This document shows, piece after piece, positions 1-11,901 of a stretch of DNA of 64,000 bases. The DNA comes from Eutreptiella sp. 'Long Island Sound 2002' (Eukaryota > Protista > Euglenida): the NCBI GenBank assembly GCA_964036045.1, contig OZ038378.1, forward strand, positions 184,078,001 to 184,142,000. Direction: 5' to 3'. Under the pieces are notes generated by a model. That model saw only the letters and a program-made list of their open reading frames with translations, was not told the origin of the DNA and searched no databases. Each line of letters starts with the position of its first letter. The first letter of the stretch is position 1. A program made the translations under genes and the position numbers.

Positions 1-379
1 CTAGTACGCCTGCCAGCGAGGCATCAGAACTTAAGACTCATGGTTTCGCTGATGAGTGTAGGAGTGTAGGCTGTTGAACCTCGCAGTATGAGCATGATTT
101 GAATGTCTTGGGCGTCACACACGCATGTGCATGCATGCATATACACAGACATCGCTGGCATGCACACTGCCCAAGCTCGTGAACCTGGTGCTCCTAGACG
201 TTGCTTGTACGTATGCAAGAGGCGAAGCGGTGGGGTACAGGTTTCCAGCATTACTTTACTGAGTCTGGGTGGCAGCTTGCATCAATGCTCAATGTCGCTC
301 TTTCCCTCGGCCCTCTAATGCCCGCCCACCTTGACTCCCCCCCCCCCATGCACGCAGGTGACCTGCGAACAATGCTATG

Positions 380-500
380 TCTGTGAACAAACAGTGCTGC
401 AGTGCAGCAGAACAATGTTGTTGGCGATGACCTGTGACCTGTGTCACGGGGGTCATATGGTAGCTGAGTATCCGTTGCTTCACACCCTGCACGCTTCCTT
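380..500 (+). repeat. Dispersed copy of the satellite B subunit (also at ~10480-10590 and ~10960-11060)
   Basis: gctgcagtgcagc...gatgacc...gtgtcacggggg...agtatccgttgc aligns by eye with the 10.5 kb and 11.0 kb units. Confidence 0.55.
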
Positions 501-1002
501 GACTAATGGCTGAAAGTGTCTATGGCAGGGACATTGGGTTGATCGACCACCATCAGGCACTGGTGCATCACATTTGTAAAGCACAGGACTCCATGGCCAT
601 AGCAGGTTAAAGCAACCCCCCTTTGCTGGCATCTGCAGCTTGAAAAAAAAAAGAGTTTAGGAGACATGACCTCATGGCATGATCTCGACACACACTGCTG
701 ACCAATTTGAATCGAGATGCATCCTGCCTGTTGGGAGCACTGGCACAGCATTTCATGGACCTTCGGACAGGCGGGAAGTAGTCTGATTTCGTGACGAAGC
801 AGCGCCAGTGTCTGATCTTTGGTCCCACAATCGGTCATTATGTCAGAATCTTTTTTCACTCAAACTATCTTTCATTGAAGACTTCAGCTCATATGGCGTG
901 GTAGTAAGTGCTGCATTCCCGTGCATGAGAGTTTAGGGAACCCTGCAAACCCATGTTCTCTTAAGGGAGACAGTGGGCACATGAGTCCATTGAGCTTTCC
1001 AG

Positions 1003-1624
1003 GCGACACTGCCGATGTAGAGTGCGGGACCCTGTCTCGAAGAGCCTACCGGAACCACTGGGTTGTATACAGGCCAGAGGAAAAAGACAAATTTAGGGAG
1101 GCAGTGGCAACAGCAGTAGTGACAGGCGTGAGCCGTCCCACAGAGAGCCCCCACCCCAATGCCCCTGCCTTCCCAGCGTGCTGCTCCAAGAAAGAGCACA
1201 CAAACTCCTCAGACGACGCAAGTCGCCTTGTTCTTTTGTTGTTTTGTCCTCTGCAGACCACTGTCTTCACCGGCCAACAGTGTTTTTGTACCTGGACAGT
1301 TTTAATAATTTCTTCTGTGACCTTTTGTTAACCTGTGGTTGTACATTGCCCCATAACTTTGTTGGTTCACCTCTGATGCCCGTAGACCACTTTATCACAA
1401 CACTCCCCGGCCACACTACAGCACATGTCAGGTGCACAGTAGGTTTATTGATGCAGTGGGGTTGGGTTGGCGTATGGGGGGCAACAGAGACGGATGAACT
1501 ATGCAGCGAAGCCCTGCGTCTTTTAAACCATAGCCCAGCGGTACCATACTCCAGCAGTGCCATCCTTTATACCACATCCCAGCAGTACCACCCACCATGC
1601 CATACTCCAGCAGTACAATGCGTG
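1003..1624 (+). CDS. Putative multi-exon gene fragment of unknown function (exons ~1003-1127, 1177-1221, 1257-~1316, 1534-1624)
   Basis: AG/GT-bounded segments that join in frame (DTADVECGTLSRRAYRNHWVVYRPEEKDKFREAVATAVVTG|RAAPRKSTQTPQTTQ|TTVF..|PSGTILQQCHPLYHIPAVPPTMPYSSSTMR); short introns of 49 and 35 nt; no recognisable domain. Confidence 0.33.
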
Positions 1625-1925
1625 GTGTAAGGACCCCGCTGCACGAGATGACAGCCAGTGTCGCATTCTCGTTGAACTGAAACGATTGTGTATATGATGA
1701 TGGCCTCCCCCATGGAATGGAACCACCATCCTCTTCGACCTGCCTTTGGTAGAATTACCCCTTTCCCTCCCTGCCGCACTCCCAAACCCTAGGCTCATGA
1801 ACAGCCGCAGGTCTGCTTTTTTTGGTCAATTGAGCACCAGCTGAACCCCGATCAGAGGCAATCAAGACAGCATTTTTGTGTTTATTGCTCTGTCTCTCTC
1901 TATTTCTCTCTGTTTGTCTGTTCTT

Positions 1926-1956
<31 letters not shown>

Positions 1957-2299
1957 CTGTATGTCTGTATCTTTCTCTGCCCCTCTTCAGTTTAATCACA
2001 GTCCCTTGCAAATGGCTTTACTGTGTGTGCGGTGTTGCGTGGATGTGAGTGGAGTGTCAAGTAATGAAAAAAAAGCTAGAAGAAAAGACACCTTTTTACT
2101 ATGAGTGTCAAAGCGAACATTTGTTTTAGTAACAGCAACGAAACAAGGTTGTGTGTTCGTAAATTGATGGAGTGCTGGTGCAGGTGAAAAGGGTTACCAG
2201 TTCACAGACGATTTAAGGGCCATTGCCGATAAAATGGGGTTCAAGTTCAAAAACGATTGAAGAGCCATTTTGGATGAAATGGGGTGTGAGTCCATAAAT

Positions 2300-2610
2300 C
2301 GAATATAGGGGGTGCACCGTGCGCTGTGCGAAAAGTCCGCTGTTTTCCACCACCGGTACCCACGGATCCCAAGGTCCTGAATCCTGCACCCTACACCCCC
2401 CTGCTGGTACACCAGGGATTTTCTTTTTTTTAGCCTGATGCTTGCCACGGGTCCCAGGGTCCTGAATTCTGCACACCATGCTGTTTTGAATTGATCATAC
2501 ATCCTTCTGCAGATGGGTGGTTTTCAGGGGTGTTCCCGGGATAAACAACGTAATGTGCTGTGCCCGCGCTCTGCGCGCGCTGTGCGAAAACGCCCCCATG
2601 AGGGGAAAAA
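2300..2610 (+). mobile_element. ~300-bp non-autonomous repeat core, shared with 52770-53060 and split around the transposase at 47945-49200
   Basis: gcaccgtgcgctgtgcgaaaag ... two internal ggtcccaaggtcctgaatcctgcacc-like copies ... ttttcaggggtgttcccgggataaacaacgtaat ... gctgtgcgaaaacgcccc; close match to 52790-53055. Confidence 0.7.
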
Positions 2611-2641
2611 CAGAGAAAGGGATTTGAAATTATGGGTCAAG

Positions 2642-3061
2642 CTATTCCCCACAGCTCTTGCTGCACCTGTGCCCAAGCCCATGTGAAGGCAACAGTGGAT
2701 GGTTGCATTTCTGCAAATGAGGTGGATTTATTTTCAGAAAGTTCGCTTTTTGGAAATTCTGCACCAAGAATGCTAGTTTGCATGTCAAATTGCTATTTGG
2801 CTCCCACCCATGAGTTTGGGCCCCACAACACGTTTTCATCGTGTAGTGTTGTGGCAAAGTGATTTTATCATTGAATTGCACAAGGTACTTGTGATCCATT
2901 TGTACCCCCATAGGCGCTGCTGGCAATTTTAGGAGCTGTTTTTCAAGGTAAACGGAACTGCATCGTAGGGTTTGTTGGATTGGGGCAATATCTCCAAAGG
3001 TGCTGTCTTTTGGGTCATATGATGGACAAATGGAAATGCTCCCAAGGTCTGCAGGGCTCAT
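2642..3061 (-). pseudogene. Decayed coding repeat, homologous to 39063-39386
   Basis: MGVQMDHKYLVQFNDKITLPQHYTMKTCCGAQTHGWE here versus MEAHADHKYLVQFIDKIPLPHHYTVKKRFGAHTHGWE at 39063-39386; family not recognised. Confidence 0.55.
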
Positions 3062-3384
3062 TCATTTTCTGAATCTGAAATTACATGTGATGCAATGAGG
3101 CCGCTGCCACATGAATGGGGAGATGGCTGTTCGATCGCAAAGGGTGCCCCCTTTCCTTTGATGTGGACACGAGGTTTTGAGAGATGGCACAGTGGTGGAC
3201 CCATGAACAAGGTACCCCAAAGGTATCACCAAAATAGTTACCAAAACAGGGGACCCCTTCTCAGTTCCATGTGCAAGATCATATACAAATCCACTAGAAA
3301 TGGAGGTAAAACACACATGTAACTCATATCAATTCATAGAAATGTAGCACAAGGATCATGGTCAGGGGCACTAGGCATTACTTA

Positions 3385-3580
3385 CATTGTTTTTTGGGGT
3401 CCTGACCGAGATGAGCTGAACAGGTTTGCTCAACTTCTGGCACTGGAGATAACTCTCGGAACCAAGTTTCACACCTCTCCCTGTCCCTTATAGAATCCTG
3501 GCAACGGGCTTAACACACGGTGAGGATAAGCTAACTCTGATATCAGGGAATGCACAGCGGGAGGCTGCCACGAAGGACAC
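3385..3580 (+). repeat. ~190-bp dispersed repeat; inverted copy at 47300-47510
   Basis: T-run + gaccgagatgagctg...ctcggaaccaagtttca...gtgaggataagctaactctga...gggaggctgccacg matches the reverse complement of 47300-47510. Confidence 0.6.
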
Positions 3581-5748
3581 AAAGGAGGGCGTCTCAGCCC
3601 CCCAACAGGCTAGCATGTATGTGTGGGACGGTCCGGTGTGATCGTCCATGGTTCTCACTGTCACAAGGGGTCTTGTGGACCTGTGGCTTAATCCTCATGG
3701 TTGTCCCGAGTGGCTGGAGCCCGTGGATGCACACCAGAGGAGAATGCGGCCTGTGGCACACCCAATCAGGTTGGTCCTCCGTGAGGGTAGCAAGGGACCC
3801 TTTGAGAGGGGGCTTGTGACCCTTAGCCTGTGGCTCAGGAGTGTTTGGACAGGGTCCAAGCCTCACAGTGTGAGGATATGCAGTGGAACCATCCCAACAT
3901 GAGGACTGCTCTGTCATCACCCTGCATGTTCCTGGCATCCACCCCGGCGGTCACATCCATTGGACCCTCCCCGTCCAGTGGCAGTCACCATGAAGAGACA
4001 TGGTTAGGAATATCCCCCCCGGATGTTTCACCCTATCGCGAAGGCGGCACTGGCACGACCCCTTGGCCTCGCAGACCCGAAGAGGCAACCAGGATCCTCC
4101 AAGCATGCGTGGTAGCATGGCCCGGCGTGGCCTGGCATGAAGGGGTCCTGGCAGAAGGGTCCAACCCAAAACCCAAAACCCAAACCCCACCCCCAGGTGG
4201 CCTCCAGCCAGCAATTAGTGTGGTGGTGGTGGGGGGGGGGGGGGTAGTTGGCGTCCCGAGGAGCTGCCCCCCCCTCGGCATTGACATGTTCTAACATCTT
4301 GATATGGGATGGCCATGGCCCATTGTGCACACAAGGTATTTTAAGTGAATTTGAGGTAGGGTGCCATCATGACGCACGCAAGGGACACGTAAATCTCATA
4401 GCGCATTTTTGTTGGTAGGAAGGATCACACTTTGATGGCCTGGCAAAATACATACAAACACCCATGCAATGATGTGCATGGGTTGTACATAGTGCATGTT
4501 GAGCACCTTTTGGCTCATTTGTGGCATTGGTCTGGTTCGAATGCAAATTCATTGCCCCCTCTTTAGACCCTGGGAGGTATAACTTTTCAAAACTTGCCAT
4601 GTGCCTTTGGAACGAGTCAAAAAGGTGGGATTCCCCCCCATGCTTTGCACATTAAACCAGGTTTGTATCTTCTCCTTTGTTGAGGGCAACAGTGTCAACG
4701 GTTCAATGTGCTCCCCACCGTCTGCCGTGGCACCCTTTTTGTGGACAAGTATCCCAAATGGTTGTTGAATGATGGGTTTTTCCTTTTGATTGTAGGCTTT
4801 GGTATTTTGGGGTTGCAAGAGGAGGAGGCAGACCAGTAGTCCGGGACGACATGGCACTGGGAGCGCGGGTGGAAATCTGAGCAGAGGGCTATGTGGACAA
4901 CACGTATATGCTGGCGTTGTGCATTGCATCGCTGTCATTGTTGCTACTAGCCACCGGCTAGTAGGTGAGTCTTATAGGACAAGAAATCCATGTCAAAAAA
5001 TCTCTTGTTTTTGTGGTGCAGCACAAAGCACAAGGCAGTCCCCGGAGCTGTGGTAGTTTGCGCCTCTACAGAATGTGTACAATATGCTCCCTGCACGGCG
5101 TCCCCGCATGAAGACAGGCCACTCAAGCATGAAGCTGAAGGCTTACCAATTCTTGTTATACACGTGATCTAGGCTTGGGTGCCCACATACACCATTGGCC
5201 TGACGGCCTAAACTATTTCCCGTGTCCGAACAATAACCAAAAAGGCACGAGGCAAGATGCAGGACCCGGAAGCAGAGCTCAATAGGCAACAGCTGCCGCT
5301 ACAACATGAGTTTCGCCAACTTGGAATAGGGGTACACATGCATCCACGCAAGGGGACAGGGCCTCTCTTGGGACCAGGGTGCAGGAGGCCAAGAAAGCCC
5401 TCCGCAAGGCATGCACGCCGCCAGTGGGCTTTGATGGCAAGGCCACCATAGCGGTGGTGACGATCATTGCATCGGTGTTGTATGTTGTGGAGATGGCGGA
5501 CATCTCACTCAAACTGAAAGGAGGTCAGCATTAATGGTCATGTATGCATTATGGGGGTCCAACAAGCCTTGCTCATCGAAGGAGATCATCTTTGCGTTAC
5601 TAGTCCTGGGACATTGCACAACGCCGTCCATGGTAGTACCCTACCAATGGGCCTTCTGGATGCACACCACAAACAATAGCCCAAGCCATATGGGAAACCA
5701 CACCCGCGCCGAGACCTACAGGCCGCATGCGGAGGGCCATGCAGGAGG

Positions 5749-7051
5749 TTAGGAAGCCGGGCTTGCGGTGACTGATTGGATGGCGGAAATGGATGTACCT
5801 GGGATTAAAGATGCCAATGAACTCGGCACTGGACCCATAGCACGTGGTGGAGCACGTGTTTCAGCAAGAGCTATGGAAGCAACGACCCTAAGTTTAGCAA
5901 TAAACTTTGGCTTTGCCTCGGCGGGAAGGGGTGAGGGGGTGGGGTACTGATAGACAATACATGTTGCCGGCCTGTCCTTTGTAGTTGATGACAGTTTCTT
6001 GCTTCTATGTGAGTTGCGCCGCCTAACGGCTTCCAATTCCATATGGACTAATTCTATACGGCCATGTCTCATAATGATGGAACGGGCCAAAAGGGCCAGA
6101 CTGGCATTTGAAGAAGATGTGGAGATGCTGGATGCGCTTCTCCTAGAATACCAAGCATGGAAGGAGTGGCATACAAATTCATATGCCATTGCGGCAGCTT
6201 TCATGGGCCTTGAAGATCGTGGAGCAATGGTTGCAGCATTTCATGGGCAACTCCTTCAAGATGGTCTCTGTCCATGGCAGGAGTTGACTGGGTGGTAAAT
6301 TGGGCAGACCCGGATTCTTTAGACCCAGCCGACACCCTGCTGGCGATCACCGTATTTGAGAAACGGGGGAACTGCATCACCCCTACTATTAGAGTCTATT
6401 GCATTTCCATCGTGTGTAGGGGTACAGGGACAGGAAGACGGACAGGGCGTGCAACGGCAGGCTATGCAAAATCGCAAAGTTGGAGACCAAAAGACCATGG
6501 CTCTTTTGGGGAATGGGAGCAAAGATTCACAGGGGTTTGTTTTTGGCATAGGATGCCAAGTGCGACACAGAGCTTGACGGGAGGCGCTAGCAAGAGCCAT
6601 ATGGACGGCGGGCGCACAAGGCGCACGCGAGACGCTTGAGGCCAACGGGCCGGTGCCCATATTACACAAAGGGCGTGCAAAAGACGAGCACTTGCTATGG
6701 TGGTCCGAAGCATGGGCACAGGCAAGAGCACCCTTCCTAGCGGTTGTTATTCCGCTGGCCAACGGCTTGCAACTGGGCTCCCTGAGGGAATGGCCGGCAT
6801 GTCTGCGAAGGTGTGGCATTGTAGTGGAAGGAGCCACGGAAGTCATTGGCATGGACAAGGACAATCGGTGGCTCAAGCGATGCAAGGAAACGAACACAGT
6901 CCCCCGAAACTGGTTCCTGCATCCCCACGAAGACTTGGAGGACAAGTTAAAGGAATTGGATGAACAGCCAAGTGGGTGGAAGAGAAACAACACCCACGGG
7001 AGCCATTCGTGCAATGCCTCCATGGCATGTTTCCGGTGGTCCTATACGTGA
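5749..7051 (+). pseudogene. Frameshifted, stop-interrupted coding-like remnant, possibly from a retroelement (tyrosine-recombinase class only weakly suggested)
   Basis: Consecutive 60-130 aa ORFs in shifting frames; SLTGGASKSHM loosely resembles HSLRRGGAS; no RT motif seen. Confidence 0.22.
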
Positions 7052-7769
7052 GGATGAGTCGGGCCTCCTCTTTCTAGTGACCACCAAAAAGGGGTCACAA
7101 GACACCTATCCTTGGTACCAAAGGAAGAAAGTGCTGCGACTCATCGTCACCCTGCTGGGTAGAGCAACGACACAAAGAGTCAATCCTACCCGCTAAAATG
7201 ACACATCACTGCCGATCGTTGGTCTCAATGGGGGTAGGCACAATCATGGGGGCTCTCACCCTTAAACCTTCAGCTATGACAAGCAGGCATCCGCACTACT
7301 GCGGGCATCTGCACTGCCGCGGGCGTCCACCTGCCTGGGTGGGTGGGTGGGGGGGGGGGGCACCATATTGTATAGGAACGCTTGCATGGGTCTGCAGGTT
7401 AGCCGGCTTGATGGGCTCAGATGCCTTCACTGCCGCATTAGACGGCGGAAAAAGGTGCCCCTTGCAGCCATCGCCATCACCTCGCCTAGGCTGGAGCCTC
7501 TATGACGACTATGAGCGTTCCGTTCCCACTCGGCCGTGCTGCTCCACCGGGCACCCTCAAGGCGCTTGCATTTGCTCTGCATCCCCAAGGGAGGGTGCTC
7601 CCTGTGACGCTTGGCTCCCCCCCCCCCCCTTTGTGGGGTTCTTGGCCTCTCTCCCCGCAGGACGACGTTCTTGTACGGGTGTAGGTGACAGTGATGCCCG
7701 CAGGAAGCCATGAAAGACACATGGGTGAAACTGTAAGGGGGCAGTGCAGTATGTGCCATGGTATGCGGG

Positions 7770-7965
7770 TACTGTGAGTCGGTGAGGATTGCCAGTTTTG
7801 GCACCCAGAACCCCTGTAGGGCTTCCAGCGCTGCCCAAAGCTCCGCTCCGTTGAAACGCACTTCAGGCCCTTGCTCATCTTCCGCTGCGAATACGCCAAA
7901 GCCACCTGCCCGGCGCATGTCCTTGTGGCTGAGTCTTTTTGATGACCCGTCTGTGTACACAATCC
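7770..7965 (-). mobile_element. RNase H N-terminal half from a retroelement
   Basis: VYTDGSSK..RAGGFGVF...NGAELWAALEALQ...KLAILTDSQY carries the first three catalytic residues (D, E, D) of RNase HI. Confidence 0.8.
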
Positions 7966-8180
7966 AGGGATGGAGGGGGGGGGGGGGGTTGGCACAAGGC
8001 CTTGGTGGTTGGCTCTGTTAGCCTGTAGCGGCGCCCATTGGCCTCTACCAATGACAACCAGGGGGCACAATTAAAAGATATCAAGGGAGTACTATACACG
8101 GTGCGTATGTGGAGTTGTATTGGGGTACGGACCTATTTGACAGCGAAGTGCATGTATTTCCAAGCTGTAAAACGTATTAA

Positions 8181-8774
8181 CTAGGAGCGACCGGCAGGGC
8201 ACAACACTGGAGGTCAAAGGGATGGACAACCACATCCGGTAAGCTGCAGGTCCACGTGCCCGTCTGGGAAGTGCTACTTCGGGAAATGGCAAAGCCAGGA
8301 AGAGAAGTCAGGTGGGAGCACGTCCCAGCACATGTCAACGTGCAGGGGAATGAGGTGGCGAATGGATTGGCGATGGAAGGCATGTGCTCGAGCCCACTGT
8401 GGTCCCAACATGTCACACAATTTGTTAAACAATCATCATCTGGGTCGGAGTCCACGGTAGGGTTGAGGGGAGGTTCAGGATCCGAGTCAGAGGACACCAA
8501 AGCACTCTGGTCATCCCTGGGTATGGTACCCATGGATAGTGATGAGCTGACAGGGGAAGCTTCCGGGGAGCCAGCACCACGTGGAATGGAATCATGCAAC
8601 TCGAGCAGTTCGGGTAGTGAGGACATAGGGGCAGGGCACAAACAAATGGGAGGTTTGTTGGATGAACTGTCTGCAGCAGAAACACTATCCTTCAGCACAG
8701 ATGTGAGCGACACCAGGCGACAGCGTAAGAGGCGAAAGCTCAGGAAAAGCAGGAACCCTGGACAGGGTCGTTAG
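8181..8774 (+). mobile_element. RNase H C-terminal half plus acidic Ser/Gly-rich tail from a retroelement
   Basis: HWRSKGWTTTSGK..VWEVLL..VRWEHVPAHVNVQGNEVANGLAMEG is the RNase HI W.HV..H..GNE.AD motif region; tail contains FSTDVSDTRR. Confidence 0.8.
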
Positions 8775-8988
8775 CAGCAGAGCCTGTAACCCATGCATTG
8801 TGATGCGGAAATCTCACAGGTTTCAAGCCCAAAAATGCCTGCATGTCCGAAACCTGCGTTTTGACGCAGGAGCATTTTGACACGAGAACCGCGTCCTGTC
8901 GCGACGTGCAGCAGCACACAGGTGTGACCACGGCAACGGCTGAACTCAGGCACAAACCCCGCGTCCTGTCGCGGAAGAGCTCCCAGGC

Positions 8989-9632
8989 GTGATGCCGCCG
9001 GGAAGGCCATGGAAGGAGCAGGCACCACGTCAGCAACGACATGGACCCTACACACAAATTCAGCCAGCCCCAAAGAAGGTCAAGCCTCAGCAAGAACGCC
9101 AGCGTTTCAAGGTGCAAGCACTAAGCCAGCTGGACGCCATTGCGAACGAAGGATTGAGGGCAGTCGATGCCGAGCTGACCACTATGGCCTGGGCCCGCAA
9201 TCAGCAGATCTGGCTCCGACTTGACCAACCACACAGCACCAGGATGCACTGTGAAATTGTGGACAGTCATGGAGAGCCATTGCTAATGAGCAACCAAGAA
9301 CTCTACTCGGTGATGGTCCAAATCAACTGGACCCTGAAGACTCAGGCTCTGACGAACATGCAGGTCCAGTGGCGACCCAAAAGTGCAGGCAAGTGGCACC
9401 CGTTCCAGTGGGAGGCGATCCTCCACTGTCCGACGGAGAGGGACACAGAGCGGTGCCCTCCTCTGTGAGCAGAAATGGAGACTGCATGCATGTGTGGCTG
9501 ACGGGCCGAGCTGACCTATTAAGGCTGTTCCAGAGAACGCTCTTCAGGCAGGCGGACCCGGTATCCGGAGACGTTGTGCGGTTCCTCTACACGCTGCCGA
9601 GCACACCCCCATGCGAACGGCGATATGCCTGA
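8989..9632 (+). CDS. Intronless orphan ORFs (159 aa plus an overlapping 87 aa), probably mobile-element derived
   Basis: Protein-like composition, lies between retroelement remnants, no motif recognised. Confidence 0.28.
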
Positions 9633-9689
9633 CAGGGGATGACAAGCAGGGGGGAGTGGGACAGGCCGGAACAATAATGCAGATAACAA

Positions 9690-9760
9690 GCCGTCGTAGC
9701 TCAGTGGGTATACAACACCTCGTCTGTCCTGTGGAGGAGGGTTCGAACCCCGGGGGGGAT
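9690..9760 (+). mobile_element. tRNA-derived head (SINE-like or tRNA pseudogene)
   Basis: A-box tagctcagtgg at 9697 and B-box ggttcgaaccc at 9740; acceptor stem does not pair; followed within ~40 bp by an (AG)n tract. Confidence 0.62.
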
Positions 9761-9792
9761 AGAGACCCACCGAACATCCCGAAAACCCCTTT

Positions 9793-9796
<4 letters not shown>

Positions 9797-9829
<33 letters not shown>

Positions 9830-9915
9830 ACGCAGTGGGAGGAGGGCCAGAGAGAAGGAGAGAGAGAGAGAGAGAGGGAAGGAGAGAGAGAGAGGGAGAG
9901 AGGGGGAGAGAGACC
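9797..9915 (+). repeat. Imperfect (AG)n microsatellite
   Basis: Directly visible. Confidence 0.9.
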
Positions 9916-9939
9916 CGCAGAGCGAGAGTCGGGGACTAA

Positions 9940-11080
9940 CCGGCACTGTGGGAGGGTGGTGGGTTCGAGCTGACCTGGGTGTGTGGGAAGCATAGAGCTG
10001 AAAAGTTTGATGGTGAAACATCGGGACTCCTTTGCGCCCCCAGAGCACGGGCATGACACGTCATTACGTGCCAGAAAGCCTGAGCACGAAAGGGGCAGCG
10101 AGAGTGCGGCCCGCGGGAGGGTGGTGGGTGCGAGCTGACCTGGATATGTGGGCGGCCAGCGCACACACGCAAACCGCCTGGAGTGGTACGGAACAGGTAA
10201 GCGCAACAGTACAGCAAAGCACCTGTTGAAGCGTTAAGCAGTCTTAACAGTCTGATGGTGAAACATTGAGACGCCCTTGCGCCCCCGGAGATCGGATATG
10301 ACACGTTTTCACGTGCCAGAGAGCAAGAGCAAGACAGGGGCAGCAAGAGCAAGACCCGCAGGGCAAGGGTTAGAGACTAACCGGCGCTGTGGGAGGGTGG
10401 TGGGAGGGTGGTGGGTGCGAGCTGACCTCAATGTACAGATGGCCAAGGCCAAAGCACAGTCAGCAGCCACCTGGAGTGGTTCAGAACTGGTCTGCGCTGC
10501 AGTGCAGCGAGGAAAAACACTGAACTATGTGGTGATGACCATGCGCCTGTGACACGGGGGCGTATGCGAGCCCAGTATCCGTTGCCTCATGCCCCTCCGC
10601 CCTCCACTACTGGGAGGGTGGTGGGTGCGAGCTAACCTGGATATGTAGGCAGCCAACGCACACATGCAAACCATCTGGAGTGGTACTGAACAGGTCAGCG
10701 CTGCAGTACAACAAGGCACCTATTGAAGCATTGAACTGAATAGCTTGATGGTGAAACATCGGGACGCCTTTGCGCCCCAGAGTTCGAACATGACACGTCT
10801 TTACGTGCCAGAGAGCAAGAGGTCGCAGCAGACCCGCAGAGCAAGGGTTAGAGACTAACCGGCACTGTGGGAGGGTGGAGGGTGCGAGCCGACCCAAATG
10901 TACAGATGGCCAAGGCCAAAGCACAATCAGCAGCCACCTGGAGTGGTACAGAACTGGTCTGCAGTGCAGTGCAGCAATGCAAAACACTGAACTATGTGGT
11001 GATGACCATGCGCTTGTGACACGGGGGCGTATGCGAACCCAGTATCCGTTGCCTCATGGCCCCCTCCACTCCACTGCACA
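9940..11080 (+). repeat. Higher-order tandem repeat with alternating A and B subunits, period ~470-500 bp
   Basis: gggagggtggtgggtgcgagctgacc recurs at ~9950, 10115, 10400, 10612 and 10870; the bodies alternate between the gatggtgaaacatcgggacgcc type and the gcacagtcagcagccacctggagtgg type. Confidence 0.85.
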
Positions 11081-11841
11081 CATACTTCCTTAGACCTTGA
11101 CCAACAACCGGGAAGTGTATACAGCCGATGCTGGAGAGAACCGTGTGTTTGTGTTTCGCTGTTTGTCTCTGCTTGTGGGGCTCTGTTCCTGCATAGGGAA
11201 AATGGGATTGTATCCCGGTGAAATAGTTCAAAAGGTGCGCACGGTGCGCTGCCGTGCAAGTGTTGTTGTTGTTTGCGTGGCGAATGGGTGTGGGGACTCT
11301 CACAGGACTGAGCAAATGCGTTTTGAGAATGCTTGAGCCCTGATGACACCCCGCTCCTCAATTTGCTTTGTGGTACTGGTGGCGCAGCACTTCTCTGATC
11401 CAGAACCAAACCGGCATTTGCCGCCAATATAGGCCTTATGTTTGGTTGTTGCACACTTTGGAAGCGGGGCTGGGGAGGGGGTGGTAAAGCACGGTTTCCT
11501 CTGGGCCTGTGATTCATGTTGGCATTGGGTCAAAACCTTGGACTTGCAAATGAGTGCCCAATTCTGATGCCTAACTGCCCCTTGTCCTGGAAATTGCGTA
11601 GTTCTGTGGCACCTGCCGTACACCTTGGTTAGGGCGGCTCGGCCCCCGAGGAACTGAAATTTAGGAGCTGGCAGCCCCAGAGCAACAAAGTTTAATTTTC
11701 CCCGTGCTTCAGCGGAGCAGTCTTCTGACGGTTGCTTGGGCCCGTAAGTGGAGGAGTGTGCGCCATTCTGTGCAGTCCTTGCGTCACGAATGGCAATCGT
11801 TTTGGGGGTCGGTTGACTGAATCCCATCCACCATCAACGCC

Positions 11842-11901
11842 ATGGCTCTCGACGAGGTCCCACATGCCGCAGAAGTTGATCCTGCCACGACGTATCTCCA
11901 G
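11842..11901 (+). CDS. tilS: Candidate first exon of the DUF924-TilS gene (MALDEVPHAAEVDPATTYLQ)
   Basis: ATG to cag|gtaatt, phase 0, joins VLDFWF at 14627. Alternative first exon is 14519-14548 (MMPTALADRL), which has a weaker donor. Confidence 0.42.

Noticed and set aside
9690-9760. Functional tRNA gene
   Set aside because: Acceptor and anticodon stems do not pair; treated as a tRNA-derived head
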